Positions 11,225-22,417 of a DNA stretch of 64,000 nt are shown here, piece by piece. Source of the DNA: Methanobacteriota archaeon (lineage in GTDB: Archaea; Halobacteriota; Bog-38; Methanoflorentales; Methanoflorentaceae); NCBI GenBank assembly GCA_963719035.1, contig CAVRAO010000002.1, positions 672,001 through 736,000 on the forward strand. Reading direction: 5' to 3'. The notes under the pieces were generated by a model. The model had not been told where the DNA came from. It did no database searches and was given only the letters and a program-made list of their open reading frames with translations. Each line of letters starts with the position of its first letter. The first letter of the stretch is position 1. The position numbers and the translations under genes were made by a program.

Positions 11225-11732
11225 TCAAATAACCAGTCCAATCGTATTGGCCAACGACGAATCGCTCTAGCGAATGCCCTTGCGTAATCTCCCACACACG
11301 CTGGGCTGATGAACATAATCCTCCTGTCGAGTCAACTTCATATACGTTATTCCCGTGCAACCCAATAGCCTCAACAAGGATAACGTCAAGGATTTCAGCT
11401 TCGATATTTTCACGTATCTTGTTCTCGGAAAAACCCTTTTTCTGCAAACGGCCACGAAGTACGGCCGGATTCGTCCTAAGAACAATAACACGGTCGACTG
11501 GAAGCTGATGCGAAATATGTCCCTCTAGCACAAGGCCGTCTGCGAAAGGATGCGCTCTCAAGGCCTCAAGATCAACTACGCCACAGTTGCGATCATCATC
11601 CCACCCAATATAGTATCGGGAAGTACGAATCACTTCATTCAAGTCGACGACTTTTAGACCAAAGTCTTCTTTAAGCACGTTGCTTATGGCCGTCTTTCCA
11701 GTGCCTGGGGTTCCTGTAAGAGCAATTTTCAT
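11214..11732 (-). CDS. Archaeal AK6/Fap7-type adenylate kinase
   Basis: LTGTPGTGKT, EGH, ENIEAE motifs. Confidence 0.88.
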   Translation of the reverse strand: MKIALTGTPGTGKTAISNVLKEDFGLKVVDLNEVIRTSRYYIGWDDDRNCGVVDLEALRAHPFADGLVLEGHISHQLPVDRVIVLRTNPAVLRGRLQKKGFSENKIRENIEAEILDVILVEAIGLHGNNVYEVDSTGGLCSSAQRVWEITQGHSLERFVVGQYDWTGYLNDA

Positions 11733-11747
11733 AGGCGAATGAAGGCA

Positions 11748-12809
11748 TCAAACCGAATTTACGAATTCATTCATAGCATCGAGAAGCGCTGTATTCTGCC
11801 ATGGCTGGCCGACAGTGATTCTGATGTGCGAGTTCGAACACCCACGAAACGTGTCGCAGTTTCGAACGATTATGCCTCGGCGCAGCAGATATTCTGACAC
11901 GTCTTGTGCGGTGTAAGGCGCTGTGTCAACGAACACAAAGTTAGCTTCGGTGGGGTACGTCTTTAGAGGGAGCTTCTCGTGTAGGTACTGTCGGCCGTGT
12001 GCTACCATAGACACCGTTCTCTCCAAAAAGGCGTTATCTGACAGTGCTGCTACTCCCCCCTCGACCGCTAGTTGATTCACGGAAAATGCAAGCATATGTT
12101 TGTCGTAGTAGTGGGCTAGATCACAATCAAGCACGGCGTAGCCGAGACGCAGCCCTGCCAATCCGAACGCTTTTGAAAACGTCCTGCAGACCGCCAAGTT
12201 ATTAAAGTAATTGACCAAGTCAACGTGACTCTCTGTCGTAAACTCCACGTAGGCTTCGTCAAGCACTACTAGGGCCTCGGTCGATTTTAATAGGCGCTTT
12301 AGCGCTGCTTTTTCAATGGCATTTCCGGTCGGATTGTTTGGAGCACAGACAAAAACCAGCTTGGTGTCGTCTGTGATTGCTTCAATGATATTATCAATGT
12401 CGACTGAAAAGTCTTCGGCCCGGTTAACATAAACGCACGTGCCATGTCCAGCTTCGATGAGGACTTCATAATACGTGTACGTAGGTACAGGGATGATCGC
12501 CTGATCGCCAGGCACGAGGAGGGGCCTTACTAAGGTGTTCAGTAAATCGTCAGACCCATTGCCGACTATAATGCGCTCTGCGGAACACCCTATATAGCGC
12601 GCGATAGCTTCCTTCAGTTCCACGTATCCGTGGGAGGGATAAACGCTTATTTTGTTTACATGTCGCTTAATCGCTTCGACCGCTCGTGGGCTAGGCCCTA
12701 GCGCGTTTTCGTTTGACCCGAGTTTAATTACCTGGTCAGAACTGATACCGTACGCTCTAGCTACGTCATCGGCAGACCTACCGGGGATGTAAGTTGATGG
12801 CACGCTCAA
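11748..12809 (-). CDS. hisC: Histidinol-phosphate aminotransferase
   Basis: KLGSNEN, GNGSDD, PNNPTG, DEAY, RTFSKAFGLAGLRLGY. Confidence 0.93.
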   Translation of the reverse strand: MSVPSTYIPGRSADDVARAYGISSDQVIKLGSNENALGPSPRAVEAIKRHVNKISVYPSHGYVELKEAIARYIGCSAERIIVGNGSDDLLNTLVRPLLVPGDQAIIPVPTYTYYEVLIEAGHGTCVYVNRAEDFSVDIDNIIEAITDDTKLVFVCAPNNPTGNAIEKAALKRLLKSTEALVVLDEAYVEFTTESHVDLVNYFNNLAVCRTFSKAFGLAGLRLGYAVLDCDLAHYYDKHMLAFSVNQLAVEGGVAALSDNAFLERTVSMVAHGRQYLHEKLPLKTYPTEANFVFVDTAPYTAQDVSEYLLRRGIIVRNCDTFRGCSNSHIRITVGQPWQNTALLDAMNEFVNSV

Positions 12810-13953
12810 TTACCGTTATGGCCGCTTCAATTTGCTCTTTTGTGATTACCAGAGGGGGCACGAACCTTAAAACGTTTTCTGAGGTGTTATTTAGCAATAC
12901 ACCGTTCTCTCGGGCATAGTCAACAACAGAGCGAACAGGTCGCGACAATTCGTGCCCAACCATAAGTCCCTTGCCCCTAATGTCAATCGTGTCTGGCGAT
13001 TCGAGATCACTTAGGAGTGTCTTCAGCAGCTCACCCTTGTATCGTGATTGCTCGACGAGATTCTCGCTTTCAATTACGTCGATCGTTGCTAGAGCTGCAG
13101 CACATGCAAGAGGTGTGCCACTTTGCGTGCCGCCGTGATCCCCAGGCATGAACTGGCAAGACTCACGCGACATCATCGCACCGACGGGAAAGCCGCCGCC
13201 CATGGCCTTTGCAAGCGTCATAATGTCTGGTACGACGTTAGCGTGCTCGCAGGCAAACCACTTTCCCGTTCGTGCAAAGCCAGTTTGCACTTCGTCGACG
13301 ATTAAGACGATATCGCGCTCTGTACAGAGCTCGCGAACCGCAACGAGATAATCATCGGGTGGTACATTAACCCCCCCCTCTCCCTGAATCGGTTCGACAA
13401 TGACTGCGGCTGTATCGGCCGTAACTGCCCGAGCGATAGCGTTTGCGTCGCCATAGTTAACGAAGGTGACATTATCAATCAACGGCTCGAACGGTTGTCG
13501 GATTGTCTCTTTCCACGTCACACTAAGTGAACCCATAGTCCGCCCGTGGAATGCGTTTTTGGTCGAAATGAAACCCTTCTTGCCGGTTACCCTCCTCGCA
13601 AGCTTCATCGCGGATTCATTGGACTCCGCTCCGGAGTTTGTCAGGTAACAGCGCTCCATTCCGGTCAGTTTTGTCATGCGTTCAGCCAAACGCGCTTGAA
13701 TCTCTGTGTAGTAAAGGTTTGAGGTGTGGATGAGCTTCTCTGCTTGTACTTTGATGGCATTGACCACGCGTGGATGACAATGACCTACATTGTTAACTGC
13801 GATCCCAGCGACGCAATCGATGTAGTCATTGCCGTCTATATCCGAAACGATCGCACCGCTACCGCGTTCAATCACCAGCGGTTCACGCGTGAACACCGGC
13901 ATATAATGCTGCGACTCTTTGGCGATTACTTTTTCTTTTTCGCTCGCCCTCAT
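12778..13953 (-). CDS. argD: Acetylornithine aminotransferase (class III PLP)
   Basis: [36 protein letters not shown]. Confidence 0.9.
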   Translation of the reverse strand: MRASEKEKVIAKESQHYMPVFTREPLVIERGSGAIVSDIDGNDYIDCVAGIAVNNVGHCHPRVVNAIKVQAEKLIHTSNLYYTEIQARLAERMTKLTGMERCYLTNSGAESNESAMKLARRVTGKKGFISTKNAFHGRTMGSLSVTWKETIRQPFEPLIDNVTFVNYGDANAIARAVTADTAAVIVEPIQGEGGVNVPPDDYLVAVRELCTERDIVLIVDEVQTGFARTGKWFACEHANVVPDIMTLAKAMGGGFPVGAMMSRESCQFMPGDHGGTQSGTPLACAAALATIDVIESENLVEQSRYKGELLKTLLSDLESPDTIDIRGKGLMVGHELSRPVRSVVDYARENGVLLNNTSENVLRFVPPLVITKEQIEAAITVIERAINLHPR

Positions 13954-14047
13954 TTCTTGCCACCTCCTAAACAGCGCCTAAAAGGATTGGTTGGTCCGCA
14001 TATAGTAGCGAACATCTCAGAGGTTTATAGTGTGTATGGCTTACACG

Positions 14048-14962
14048 CTACTCAAACTCGATGGTTGCCGGCGGTTTCGGCGTGATATCATAAACCACAC
14101 GCGCGACGTCAGGGAGTTCGCTTGTCATGCGTGAAGCGATTTTCCGAAGCACTTCGTAAGATAATTCAAGCAAATCAGCGGTCATCCCGTCTCGCGACTG
14201 CACAGCGCGCACGGCAATTATCCAACCGTGCACACGCACATCGCCTTTGACGCCGGTTCCTTTCTCCAGCAACGCTGCAAAAGTCTGCCACGGATTGTGC
14301 TTTAATATCTCTTGCTCGACTATCGCATTCGCTTCACGAACGATACGAAGCTTCTCCTCAGTTACTTCACCAATAATTCGGACAGCTAGCCCCGGTCCAG
14401 GAAACGGCATCCGCTCACTGACCTTGGGTGGCAATTTAAGTGCCCGAGCGAGCTCACGAACTTCATCCTTATACAAATACTTAAGCGGCTCGACCACCCC
14501 CTCGAACTCCATCACGGAAGGAAGACCACCCACGTTATGATGCGATTTGATCTCTCCTTCAGATTCTATGATATCTGGATAAATGGTGCCTTGCACTAAG
14601 TAACTCACTTGCTTATGTCTTGCCACTTCTTCAAATATGCGTATAAAGGTCTCGCCGACTGCTTTCCGCTTCTCTTCGGGGTCTATAACCCCTTGAAGCG
14701 CATTGATAAACCGCTCCTTCGCGTCGATCACGGTCAACGGCATATAACGAAATACTTTCCTGATGTTTTCAGTCTCGCCCTTCCTCATGAGCCCCGTATC
14801 GACGTATACAGGGTAGAGACGGTCTCCCAACGCTTGATAAGCAAGTGTGGCACAAACAGAGCTATCTACCCCCCCAGAGAGGGCGATGATTGCTCTCTGA
14901 GTTCCCACTTCTTTCTTGATTTCTGCAATCGCTTCCTCAATGAACTTCTCTGCGTTTACCAT
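14048..14962 (-). CDS. guaAB: GMP synthase subunit B (ATP pyrophosphatase)
   Basis: [39 protein letters not shown]; no GATase domain. Confidence 0.93.
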   Translation of the reverse strand: MVNAEKFIEEAIAEIKKEVGTQRAIIALSGGVDSSVCATLAYQALGDRLYPVYVDTGLMRKGETENIRKVFRYMPLTVIDAKERFINALQGVIDPEEKRKAVGETFIRIFEEVARHKQVSYLVQGTIYPDIIESEGEIKSHHNVGGLPSVMEFEGVVEPLKYLYKDEVRELARALKLPPKVSERMPFPGPGLAVRIIGEVTEEKLRIVREANAIVEQEILKHNPWQTFAALLEKGTGVKGDVRVHGWIIAVRAVQSRDGMTADLLELSYEVLRKIASRMTSELPDVARVVYDITPKPPATIEFE

Positions 14963-15012
14963 ATGTTGATTCTCTGCTTCTGCTTCTATTGATCGCGTCA
15001 CTAAGCCTCGCG

Positions 15013-16572
15013 TCACGCGCTGATGTTCATGTTGAGTACAGAACGCACAAACTCACGAAATGGGGGCGATGGCCGACCCGGTCGAGACTTAAACTCGGGA
15101 TGGAACTGCGTTCCAACGAAGAACCTTTTTGTCGGAATCTCTGCAATCTCCATTCTTATTCCATCTCGCGCCTTCCCTGAAAACAGCATTCCATTTTTTT
15201 CGATAAGCTCAATACAATCCGGATTAACTTCGAACCGATGCCTATGACGTTCGGTCACCTCTAAACTATTATATATAGAATGCGCGCGCGTCTCAGGCGA
15301 GATAATAACGTCGTAGTTGCCCAGTCGCATAGTACCCCCCATATGATCAACGTCAAGCTGTTCGGGAAGTACATCAATGACGTGAACCCCCGTAGGATCC
15401 AATTCAGCGCTCGTTGCTTCTAGCCCTAACACGTGCCGACAAAACTCGACTATTGCAAGTTGGAAGCCAAAGCAGATCCCTAAAAAAGGAATGTCATTTT
15501 CGCGCGCGAAGCGGATCGCATCTATTTTCCCCTCGCTTCCTCGAGGACCAAACCCATGTGCGACTAAAATTCCATGTACCGCTCTGAGAGCCTCGAGAGC
15601 GTGCGGGTCTTCTGAGTCGACGAGCTTAACGTCAATGCCTCCCCCTAAAGCACTTGCTGCGTGCTTGATTGCCTCTTTTATGCTGAAATAGGCATCTTCA
15701 AACATATATTTGCCAACGATGGCGATCGATCGAGACATAGGGGGGTTCTTCATCACGTCCCACGAGCTCACAGGCTTCTTTTCGAGTTCGAGCTTCTCAA
15801 CAAGGTAATCCCCTAACCCTTCAAGCTCAAGGAGCGAGGGCACCTGGTAGATGTCAGGCACGTCATAGCAGCTTATGACGGCGTTCAATGGAACGTCACA
15901 AAACAACGAGATCTTGGCTCGCGCATCTTTTCCCAGCGGCGTTTTTGCGCGGCCAACAATGACGTCGGGACTAAGGCCAAGCTCTCTTAAGCTCTTTACC
16001 GAGTGTTGGGTCGGCTTCGTTTTGTGATCGCCGGTCATGTCCTCCGGGACAAGCGTTACGTGGAGCAACACAAAGTGGTCCTCCTCGCTGTGCATTTGTC
16101 TAACGGCTTCTAAAAAAGGCATGCTCTCTATATCGCCGACGGTGCCACCGACCTCAACTACACATATATCAGCCTTAGCTTTATCCGCAACGGTCCTAAT
16201 GCTATCCTTTATTTCATCGGTTATGTGAGGGATAATCTGAACCGTTTTTCCTAAGTAATCCCCGCGTCGCTCTTTTTCGATGACAGACTTATAGATCTTA
16301 CCTGTCGTGATGTTATGATCGCCAGTGAGCTCGATATCGAGGAACCGTTCATAGTTACCAAGGTCGAGATCAACTTCGGCCCCGTCCTTAAGCACGAATA
16401 CCTCGCCATGTTGAAAGGGATTCATGGTCCCTGCATCGATGTTTATATACGGATCAATCTTTACCGCCGTAACGTTGTACCCGCGGTTAATGAAAAGTCG
16501 ACCCGCAGAAGCGGCTGTGATGCCTTTGCCAAGACCGCTCATAACTCCGCCAGTAACAACAACGTATCGCAT
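15013..16572 (-). CDS. pyrG: CTP synthase
   Basis: [46 protein letters not shown]. Confidence 0.97.
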   Translation of the reverse strand: MRYVVVTGGVMSGLGKGITAASAGRLFINRGYNVTAVKIDPYINIDAGTMNPFQHGEVFVLKDGAEVDLDLGNYERFLDIELTGDHNITTGKIYKSVIEKERRGDYLGKTVQIIPHITDEIKDSIRTVADKAKADICVVEVGGTVGDIESMPFLEAVRQMHSEEDHFVLLHVTLVPEDMTGDHKTKPTQHSVKSLRELGLSPDVIVGRAKTPLGKDARAKISLFCDVPLNAVISCYDVPDIYQVPSLLELEGLGDYLVEKLELEKKPVSSWDVMKNPPMSRSIAIVGKYMFEDAYFSIKEAIKHAASALGGGIDVKLVDSEDPHALEALRAVHGILVAHGFGPRGSEGKIDAIRFARENDIPFLGICFGFQLAIVEFCRHVLGLEATSAELDPTGVHVIDVLPEQLDVDHMGGTMRLGNYDVIISPETRAHSIYNSLEVTERHRHRFEVNPDCIELIEKNGMLFSGKARDGIRMEIAEIPTKRFFVGTQFHPEFKSRPGRPSPPFREFVRSVLNMNISA

Positions 16573-16755
16573 CTTTTAGCTCCCCACAATCCCAAAGATG
16601 ATTTTATTGTTCTAATATGCTGCTGAAAAGCTATTTATACTACAGAACAGTGCACGACGTGACTGTGGAAGGCTTTTGTCGCCAAAAGTCGGCGAGATCG
16701 ACACTCGAGACCCACTGCGTCGAACGACGATTCAGTCACCTCTAACCAGAACTCG

Positions 16756-17451
16756 TCAGTCTAACAGCCTCCACGTGTAGTACGCTAAGACTACGATGAC
16801 AATGAAACCAAGAATGGCCACGCCATAGCTGATGCTGCCAGCAAGGAGAAGCAGCAGCGCAATAATCACGCCAATTCCCAAGAGGATGTATGGAAGATTC
16901 CTCATCCTCCTGATTCTCTTTATGTCCAGATGAAGATCGGGCCACTGCAGGTGCATTTCAGGCCGCTGAACCTGAGGAGAATGTGCTTTGCTGCGAAGAT
17001 CGGGCCACTGCAGGTGCATTTCAGGCCGCCGAAGCTGAGGAGAATGTGCTTTGCTGCGATAATCTGGCCGCGAAAGGTCGTCATCGACCTCAATGGCATC
17101 AAGCGGCTGTTCGTCCTCTAGATGTCCAATTTGCAGAATGAAGCTCTCCTCTCGCGAACCATATCCTGTGGATATGCTTATCTCCCCTTCATATAGCTCC
17201 TGTTGGCCTATAGGATTTGAAATTGTCGCGGTGAGTAGTTCCTCACCATCGACATATGGGTTGTTGCGATTGAAGGTGACTTTATCTTTTACCGCACCCC
17301 GCGATGAGAGATAAATATGGGTGGGGGCCTCAAAATTAATCACGTCGATATCGAGCGTCGCTTTTCCGCCGGGCTTGAGCGGGAGTCGAATTACGGGTTC
17401 TTCTACCTCTATTGACTGCAATCCCTTCCTGTTAATATACACGCTTTGCAT
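16756..17451 (-). CDS. Conserved archaeal hypothetical protein: N-terminal beta domain, linker with 21-aa duplication, two C-terminal TM helices
   Basis: ORF in operon after trm112; ISTGYG motif; hydrophobic C-terminus. Confidence 0.7.
   Translation of the reverse strand: MQSVYINRKGLQSIEVEEPVIRLPLKPGGKATLDIDVINFEAPTHIYLSSRGAVKDKVTFNRNNPYVDGEELLTATISNPIGQQELYEGEISISTGYGSREESFILQIGHLEDEQPLDAIEVDDDLSRPDYRSKAHSPQLRRPEMHLQWPDLRSKAHSPQVQRPEMHLQWPDLHLDIKRIRRMRNLPYILLGIGVIIALLLLLAGSISYGVAILGFIVIVVLAYYTWRLLD
16932..17059. repeat. 63-bp tandem duplication (2 copies) inside CDS
   Basis: gaagatcgggccactgcaggtgcatttcaggccgc... starts at 16932 and again at 16995. Confidence 0.95.
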
Positions 17452-17455
17452 ATGT

Positions 17456-17635
17456 TCACCTCAATTCAGGCGGCAGTAAATTGGGGATCCCGTCATGTAT
17501 CGGATAGTATTCACTACAGACCTTACAGTAGAACGTGCCTTTGATGATCTCGCCTGCCTCTTCGCCCTCGACGCTCAGTAATAACGGGCCTTTGCATACA
17601 GGACAGCACAATATTCTCAGCAACTCTCGTTTCAT
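17456..17635 (-). CDS. trm112: Trm112-like methyltransferase activator (59 aa, missing from the ORF track)
   Basis: Manual translation: MKRELLRILCCPVCKGPLLL...FYCKVCSEYYPIHDGIPNLLPPELR. Confidence 0.9.
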   Translation of the reverse strand: MKRELLRILCCPVCKGPLLLSVEGEEAGEIIKGTFYCKVCSEYYPIHDGIPNLLPPELR

Positions 17636-17662
17636 TTTAGCCGCCCTATAGGACTTACGTTA

Positions 17663-18685
17663 TCACGCGCGGGTAAGTTTTTCCTCTCTCAAGTCGATTA
17701 TCTCAGCTAACTCTGGTCCAGTTGAAAGCAGTGTAAATGGAACGCCAACTTCCTCCTCCGCTTTGCGCAGGAACGTCCGCACCTTTGTCGACAAATCGTC
17801 GTACTGGTCGACCCCTCTGACACTTGGATCAAGCTTGTCGAGCCCGGTAATCGCAACCTGCGTCGCTCCGTTTATCATGGCAGAATATGCAGCCATTTTA
17901 GGGTCCCACCAGCCAATACGCCGTGGCCGTCCGGTAACGGTGCCAAATTCCTCAATTTCCAGTTTTTTGGCCTCTCCTTCACTCATTTGAGTCTCAAAGG
18001 GTCCCTCACCGACGCGAGTAGGAAATGTCTTGAAGACCACGATCGTTTCGTCGATACGCGTCGGACCGACTCCGACGTCAGCTGCAATCTGAGAGGCCGT
18101 CGTATCTTTTGACGTCACATATGGAAAGGTCCCGTAGTAGAGCGAGATGCCGAACCCTTGTGAGCCCTCCAAAATCACGTTTTCCTCGGCCTTGAGAGCT
18201 TGGTTTATTTCGGCCGCTGTGTCGGTCAAAAACGGCGCGAGCTCTTGTACCTCATTAGCTTGGATTGTCGTTCTTCTCGCTCGATCGGCCGCAGCCGGCC
18301 CGCATCCAGTCCCGGTCGACCCGATCGTGCGCGAAAGGTGGGGGTCCTCTTTATCGAGGGTTATATGTTTCATTTCGATTATCGCGCAACGGTAATCAAC
18401 GCCGAGGCGCCTCGCTTCTTCAAGCAACTCGACTTCACTGAGGAGCACGCGCGGATCTATAAGTACGCCTGCGCCAATGAGCAGGCGCGCGTTTGCGTAC
18501 ACAAAACCTGAGGGTATCATGCGCACGCCGAACTTCCGCCCACGAACGTCAATAGTATGGCCCGCATTAGGGCCAATCCCACCGCGAGCAATGATTGTAG
18601 GTTTATCAGCAAACGCCATGTGCGCTACTATCTTACCCTTTCCTTCGTCTCCAAAGAAGCCCCCAACAATTATCGTCGATCCCAT
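17663..18685 (-). CDS. purA: Adenylosuccinate synthetase (short archaeal type)
   Basis: GGFFGDEGKGK, GPNAGHT, EGSQG, PYVTS, GTVTGRPRR; start placed at MGSTII. Confidence 0.95.
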   Translation of the reverse strand: MGSTIIVGGFFGDEGKGKIVAHMAFADKPTIIARGGIGPNAGHTIDVRGRKFGVRMIPSGFVYANARLLIGAGVLIDPRVLLSEVELLEEARRLGVDYRCAIIEMKHITLDKEDPHLSRTIGSTGTGCGPAAADRARRTTIQANEVQELAPFLTDTAAEINQALKAEENVILEGSQGFGISLYYGTFPYVTSKDTTASQIAADVGVGPTRIDETIVVFKTFPTRVGEGPFETQMSEGEAKKLEIEEFGTVTGRPRRIGWWDPKMAAYSAMINGATQVAITGLDKLDPSVRGVDQYDDLSTKVRTFLRKAEEEVGVPFTLLSTGPELAEIIDLREEKLTRA

Positions 18686-19206
18686 AAGCAGTATCTCAAA
18701 CTGATATCTCAAACTAATGAAATGACGTCCTTTTGCGTGTAATAACGCGCCTGAAACGTCACAAAGACTCGGTGAACAGTATAGGTTTGAAATATAAAAA
18801 AACATGCATTCACCTTTGACTCCGTGGGACAGCGTGGTGGACTACAAAGAAGCGTGCAGATGTCATTGCGACCTGCGGATTTGAAGCGCTGCAGGACGTG
18901 AAAGTAGATTACGTCCCGTCAAACACTGAACGCACGCAGTGGCATAAAAAGAGAAGAAAATTCGCTGTGCAGATAGCGACTAGAGAGCACTTGTAAGATC
19001 GTCCTGTGTAAACGAAAGAGTTGGACCAACTAAGTTCAAATCGAGCTACAAAAAGCGGATACGTAACTCCGCTGCACGAGGCTCTTTCTAGTAACTTCTT
19101 GAATCACGCTCTGCACAAGTAATATGCTTCTTGGCCTGCTAGACTTTTTCGTGCAATTTTCGACGTCTTAACAAACAACCAATGCGAGAGCTCGTATAAC
19201 GCTCGT

Positions 19207-20088
19207 TTATATTGGTGAAATGAAGCGAGGGCGCCTGTACATTCCATATACAAGGATTATGATGGGAACAACAATCATAAGAACAAGCAGAGTGGTTACA
19301 ACTGCTGGTGAAAGCGCGAGGAAGTTGAAGGGCGAAAAATCGTTTTCCGGACGCACCGCCGGCAGCAGAAGACCTAAAACGCCAACGATCAGTATAACAT
19401 AGAGTATAGCGCTCGTAACCATCGAGACTGCGTTTTGCGAGCTGTTTGCGAGCATTTTAAAAGGAGCGCCTTTCTCTTGGTAGATAAGCCCCAGAATAAC
19501 CATATCGCCTACGAGGGTTTCACTGCTGGAGTTTTTCTGCTGAAATAGCAGCCCAGAGATGTTAAATCCGTTGAGGCGCTTGAGCATCTCCCCCTCTGGT
19601 CCTTCAAAGATAATCCCTACAATCGCCGCTCCGTTAAGAATCTTCAGGTCAGCCCGTGCTCCTGTTGTGAGCTGCTCCTCACCTGTGCCCTGGTCACGAC
19701 AGACGATCCCAACTATTTGCGACCCGCTAAGGGGCCCTTGCTGAGGTGCACTTGATGCCTCGCGCGACGGGTCGGCGTTCTCTGGTCCGCCCGCTTTGTC
19801 ACCCTGGACAACCCCCCTGTTCTGAAATATCACGCCTTTGATTTTTTCACTTCTGAGGATTTGTTCATCCAAGCCAGCCCCCCTTCGATGCACGATCCCT
19901 GTCACCTGAAAACCACTGACCAGCTTGTCCTCGGTGGCGTTCTCTTCACGGTAAGTGAAACCGGTAATCGGGACGCCGTCGAACAATTTGATGCTATTTG
20001 CAAGTCCGCCCACGAGCTGCGTATCCGTCGAACCCTTTTCCTGGTATAGAATCCCAGTGACGATGGACGAACCTTCTGGATCTTTCAT
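19207..20088 (-). CDS. Novel 8-repeat protein with two C-terminal TM helices
   Basis: Eight IxGhh(Y/F)x(D/E) units; hydrophobic tail ending YRRPR. Confidence 0.8.
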   Translation of the reverse strand: MKDPEGSSIVTGILYQEKGSTDTQLVGGLANSIKLFDGVPITGFTYREENATEDKLVSGFQVTGIVHRRGAGLDEQILRSEKIKGVIFQNRGVVQGDKAGGPENADPSREASSAPQQGPLSGSQIVGIVCRDQGTGEEQLTTGARADLKILNGAAIVGIIFEGPEGEMLKRLNGFNISGLLFQQKNSSSETLVGDMVILGLIYQEKGAPFKMLANSSQNAVSMVTSAILYVILIVGVLGLLLPAVRPENDFSPFNFLALSPAVVTTLLVLMIVVPIIILVYGMYRRPRFISPI

Positions 20089-20705
20089 TGGTTCGAACCC
20101 TCAACGCAATAGAGGATACCGGCAGCTTGCGCGTCAGCCGCGGCCGATAGATCACTTACGTCGCTCAGGAGCTTAATTTCAGATCCGCCGTGCTGTCGGT
20201 AAAGGAGTCCCTTGACCGCTTGTCCGCTGATCAGACTAAGAGCGCCCATCGGGCTTTCGTGGTGAAGCACACCGATTAGCAGCGCACCAGCCGCGGCCGA
20301 TAGATCACGTACGTCGCTCAGGAGCTTAATTTCAGATCCGCCGTGCTGTCGGTAAAGGAGTCCCTTGACCGCTTGTCCGCTGACGAGTTTCAGCGATTTA
20401 TGCGCTGCGCGCAACAGCTTGAGTTCAGCGCCTTTCTCCTCTTCATACAGGACGCCGGCGATCTTTGAGCCAGGCAACAGTTGCACGTCAGCTGCCGTCT
20501 GGTCTCGATAGAGCACGCCGGCGGCTGTCGTGTCTTGCAAAAGGTGCACGTCGAATTTTGAAGCGCTTAAAAGCTTGACTTCTTCCGATTCTTTTTCAAG
20601 ATAGGTTATCCCTGTAATCTGTGATCCACTCAGCAACTCTAGTTCACCGTTTTCGTGTTCCTGGTGGATTACGCCAATAACCTTCGTTCCGCTTCGCCAT
20701 CTCAT
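20085..20705 (-). CDS. Novel 8-repeat protein, soluble
   Basis: Eight xxxxG(V/I/L)L(Y/H) units; ATGA overlap with the downstream paralog. Confidence 0.8.
   Translation of the reverse strand: MRWRSGTKVIGVIHQEHENGELELLSGSQITGITYLEKESEEVKLLSASKFDVHLLQDTTAAGVLYRDQTAADVQLLPGSKIAGVLYEEEKGAELKLLRAAHKSLKLVSGQAVKGLLYRQHGGSEIKLLSDVRDLSAAAGALLIGVLHHESPMGALSLISGQAVKGLLYRQHGGSEIKLLSDVSDLSAAADAQAAGILYCVEGSNQ
20135..20383. repeat. 96-bp near-identical direct repeat (20135-20230 and 20288-20383)
   Basis: One mismatch; encodes SGQAVKGLLYRQHGGSEIKLLSDVxDLSAAA twice. Confidence 0.95.
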
Positions 20706-21038
20706 CGATTGGACCCTTCAAAATGCTCTGCTGCAACTAAAGCCCCTCTTCTTATTTATCTCTAGCTAAAATGTTGCGCTTTGGCGAAATCCACCCCTTA
20801 TCCTTTGCCATACCCAAATTCAGCACGCTCAGAAGGCCCCCGTTCGACGCCTTCGATTACGCACGCTTCCAAACAAACGCGAAAAAAAAGCATGCTGACG
20901 TAAAAAACCCAACGTCTTTAAAGATCACAATGCTTCTGATCGCGCGGTCATCTTGCACGAAAAGAAGTGAGTCTACGGCTATGCAAACGAGCGCTCGCTT
21001 GCCGCAGGTTTAAGATGTTGAGATGCTATTCTACTCCT

Positions 21039-21452
21039 ATGCAGGATAAGACGTATTCAATGAACGTATCTGATATGCGAGAGGACGAAATCGATGAGGC
21101 GGTGTCAGACGCGTTGCATGGGATCGTCAAGTCACTAGACCTCTGGAAAGAAAAGAAGTCCTTCCACCAACAGGTCACTGACGTGCTGTTTGACATTTTA
21201 AGACGCCGCGATCTCACCATTTTCGATGTACTGATCAAACGTGACGAGAAGGTGTGTGAGATCCTGGACGCGCCTAAGAAAGAGGTCCCCGAGGGGAAGG
21301 TGCTTGAAGGTCCAATCGACGCCGAAACGGTAAAAATCTACAACCTGCGGTCCAAGGATCCCAATGGTAATTTTGAGCTGCTCTATGAGGACGAATTCCG
21401 AAAGGATGTCCAGATGACCCTCTATACGAAACGAAAGAGAATCAAGATGTAG
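21039..21452 (+). CDS. Hypothetical protein (charged, ~137 aa)
   Basis: Clean ORF with protein-like composition, upstream of the ThiF gene; start uncertain. Confidence 0.65.
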   Translation: MQDKTYSMNVSDMREDEIDEAVSDALHGIVKSLDLWKEKKSFHQQVTDVLFDILRRRDLTIFDVLIKRDEKVCEILDAPKKEVPEGKVLEGPIDAETVKIYNLRSKDPNGNFELLYEDEFRKDVQMTLYTKRKRIKM

Positions 21453-21525
21453 TTTATCGGCTTGCGTTATTCACCCCACACTAAGGTTTGACGTTAATTT
21501 GTGAGTTTGCTTGGAGGCTTTCTTA

Positions 21526-22272
21526 ATGTCTTTGTCCGAATACGATCGTGTGCGATATCAGCGGCAAATGATGATCCCAGGCTTCGGCGAACCGGCGCAA
21601 CTGCGTCTGAAAAGCGCGACGGCACTCATCGCTGGTTTGGGGGGGCTTGGCTCACCTCTCGCACTGTATCTCGCAGCAGCTGGAGTTGGGCACCTCAAGT
21701 TAGTTGATATGGACGATGTCGAGCTGAGCAATTTGAACCGCCAGGTGTTGCACTGGGACGAGGACGTGGGCAAAGCGAAGGTCACCTCAGCATCGCAGAA
21801 AGTCAAAAGGATTAATCCAACAACCCGCGTCGAAGAGTTTAATCTGGCCATCGACGAAAAAAACGTATTCGAACTAACTAAGAACTGTGACGTCATTCTC
21901 GACGCTATGGACAACTTTGCAGTGCGGTACACGTTGAATGCAGCGGCTATTTTCCACAGAGTTCCTTTCATCCACGGCGCTATATACGGATACGAAGGGC
22001 GGATGGCAAGTGTGATGCCCGGTAAGACGGCCTGCCTTGAGTGTATCTATCCTCACGCTCCGCCACGAGAGGTGTTCCCGGTGTTAAGCACGACGCCGGG
22101 CGTGATAGGTTTGCTCCAGGCAACTGAGGCGATAAAATTTCTCACCGGCACAGGAGTGGTTTTGGAAAACGAAATGCTCATCTATGACGGTGAAACTATG
22201 AGCTTTGACAAGGTCAGAGTTTCGCGAAACCCTCAGTGCAATGCGTGCGCTGCCCTCGGGCCGGAGAGTTAG
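21526..22272 (+). CDS. HesA/MoeB/ThiF family adenylyltransferase (E1-like)
   Basis: RYQRQ, GLGGLG, DxVELSNLNRQ, D..DN, CLEC, CNAC; GGAGG upstream. Confidence 0.92.
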   Translation: MSLSEYDRVRYQRQMMIPGFGEPAQLRLKSATALIAGLGGLGSPLALYLAAAGVGHLKLVDMDDVELSNLNRQVLHWDEDVGKAKVTSASQKVKRINPTTRVEEFNLAIDEKNVFELTKNCDVILDAMDNFAVRYTLNAAAIFHRVPFIHGAIYGYEGRMASVMPGKTACLECIYPHAPPREVFPVLSTTPGVIGLLQATEAIKFLTGTGVVLENEMLIYDGETMSFDKVRVSRNPQCNACAALGPES

Positions 22273-22417
22273 CAGTTCAAAGTCTCAACCGCTCTCCTCA
22301 TTTTTCGCAGCGACAATTTATGACTTTTTTATAGTCTATCTTTCTTCTTCCTTCTTTTTGCTCGTCAGCCCCGCTGTCTAATGGATGTGTCTTTGCGCTC
22401 AAATTGGCGTCGTTAAA

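Noticed and set aside
18690-19200. Possible ncRNA or riboswitch upstream of purA
   Set aside because: No recognisable conserved structure by eye; an Infernal/Rfam search would be needed.
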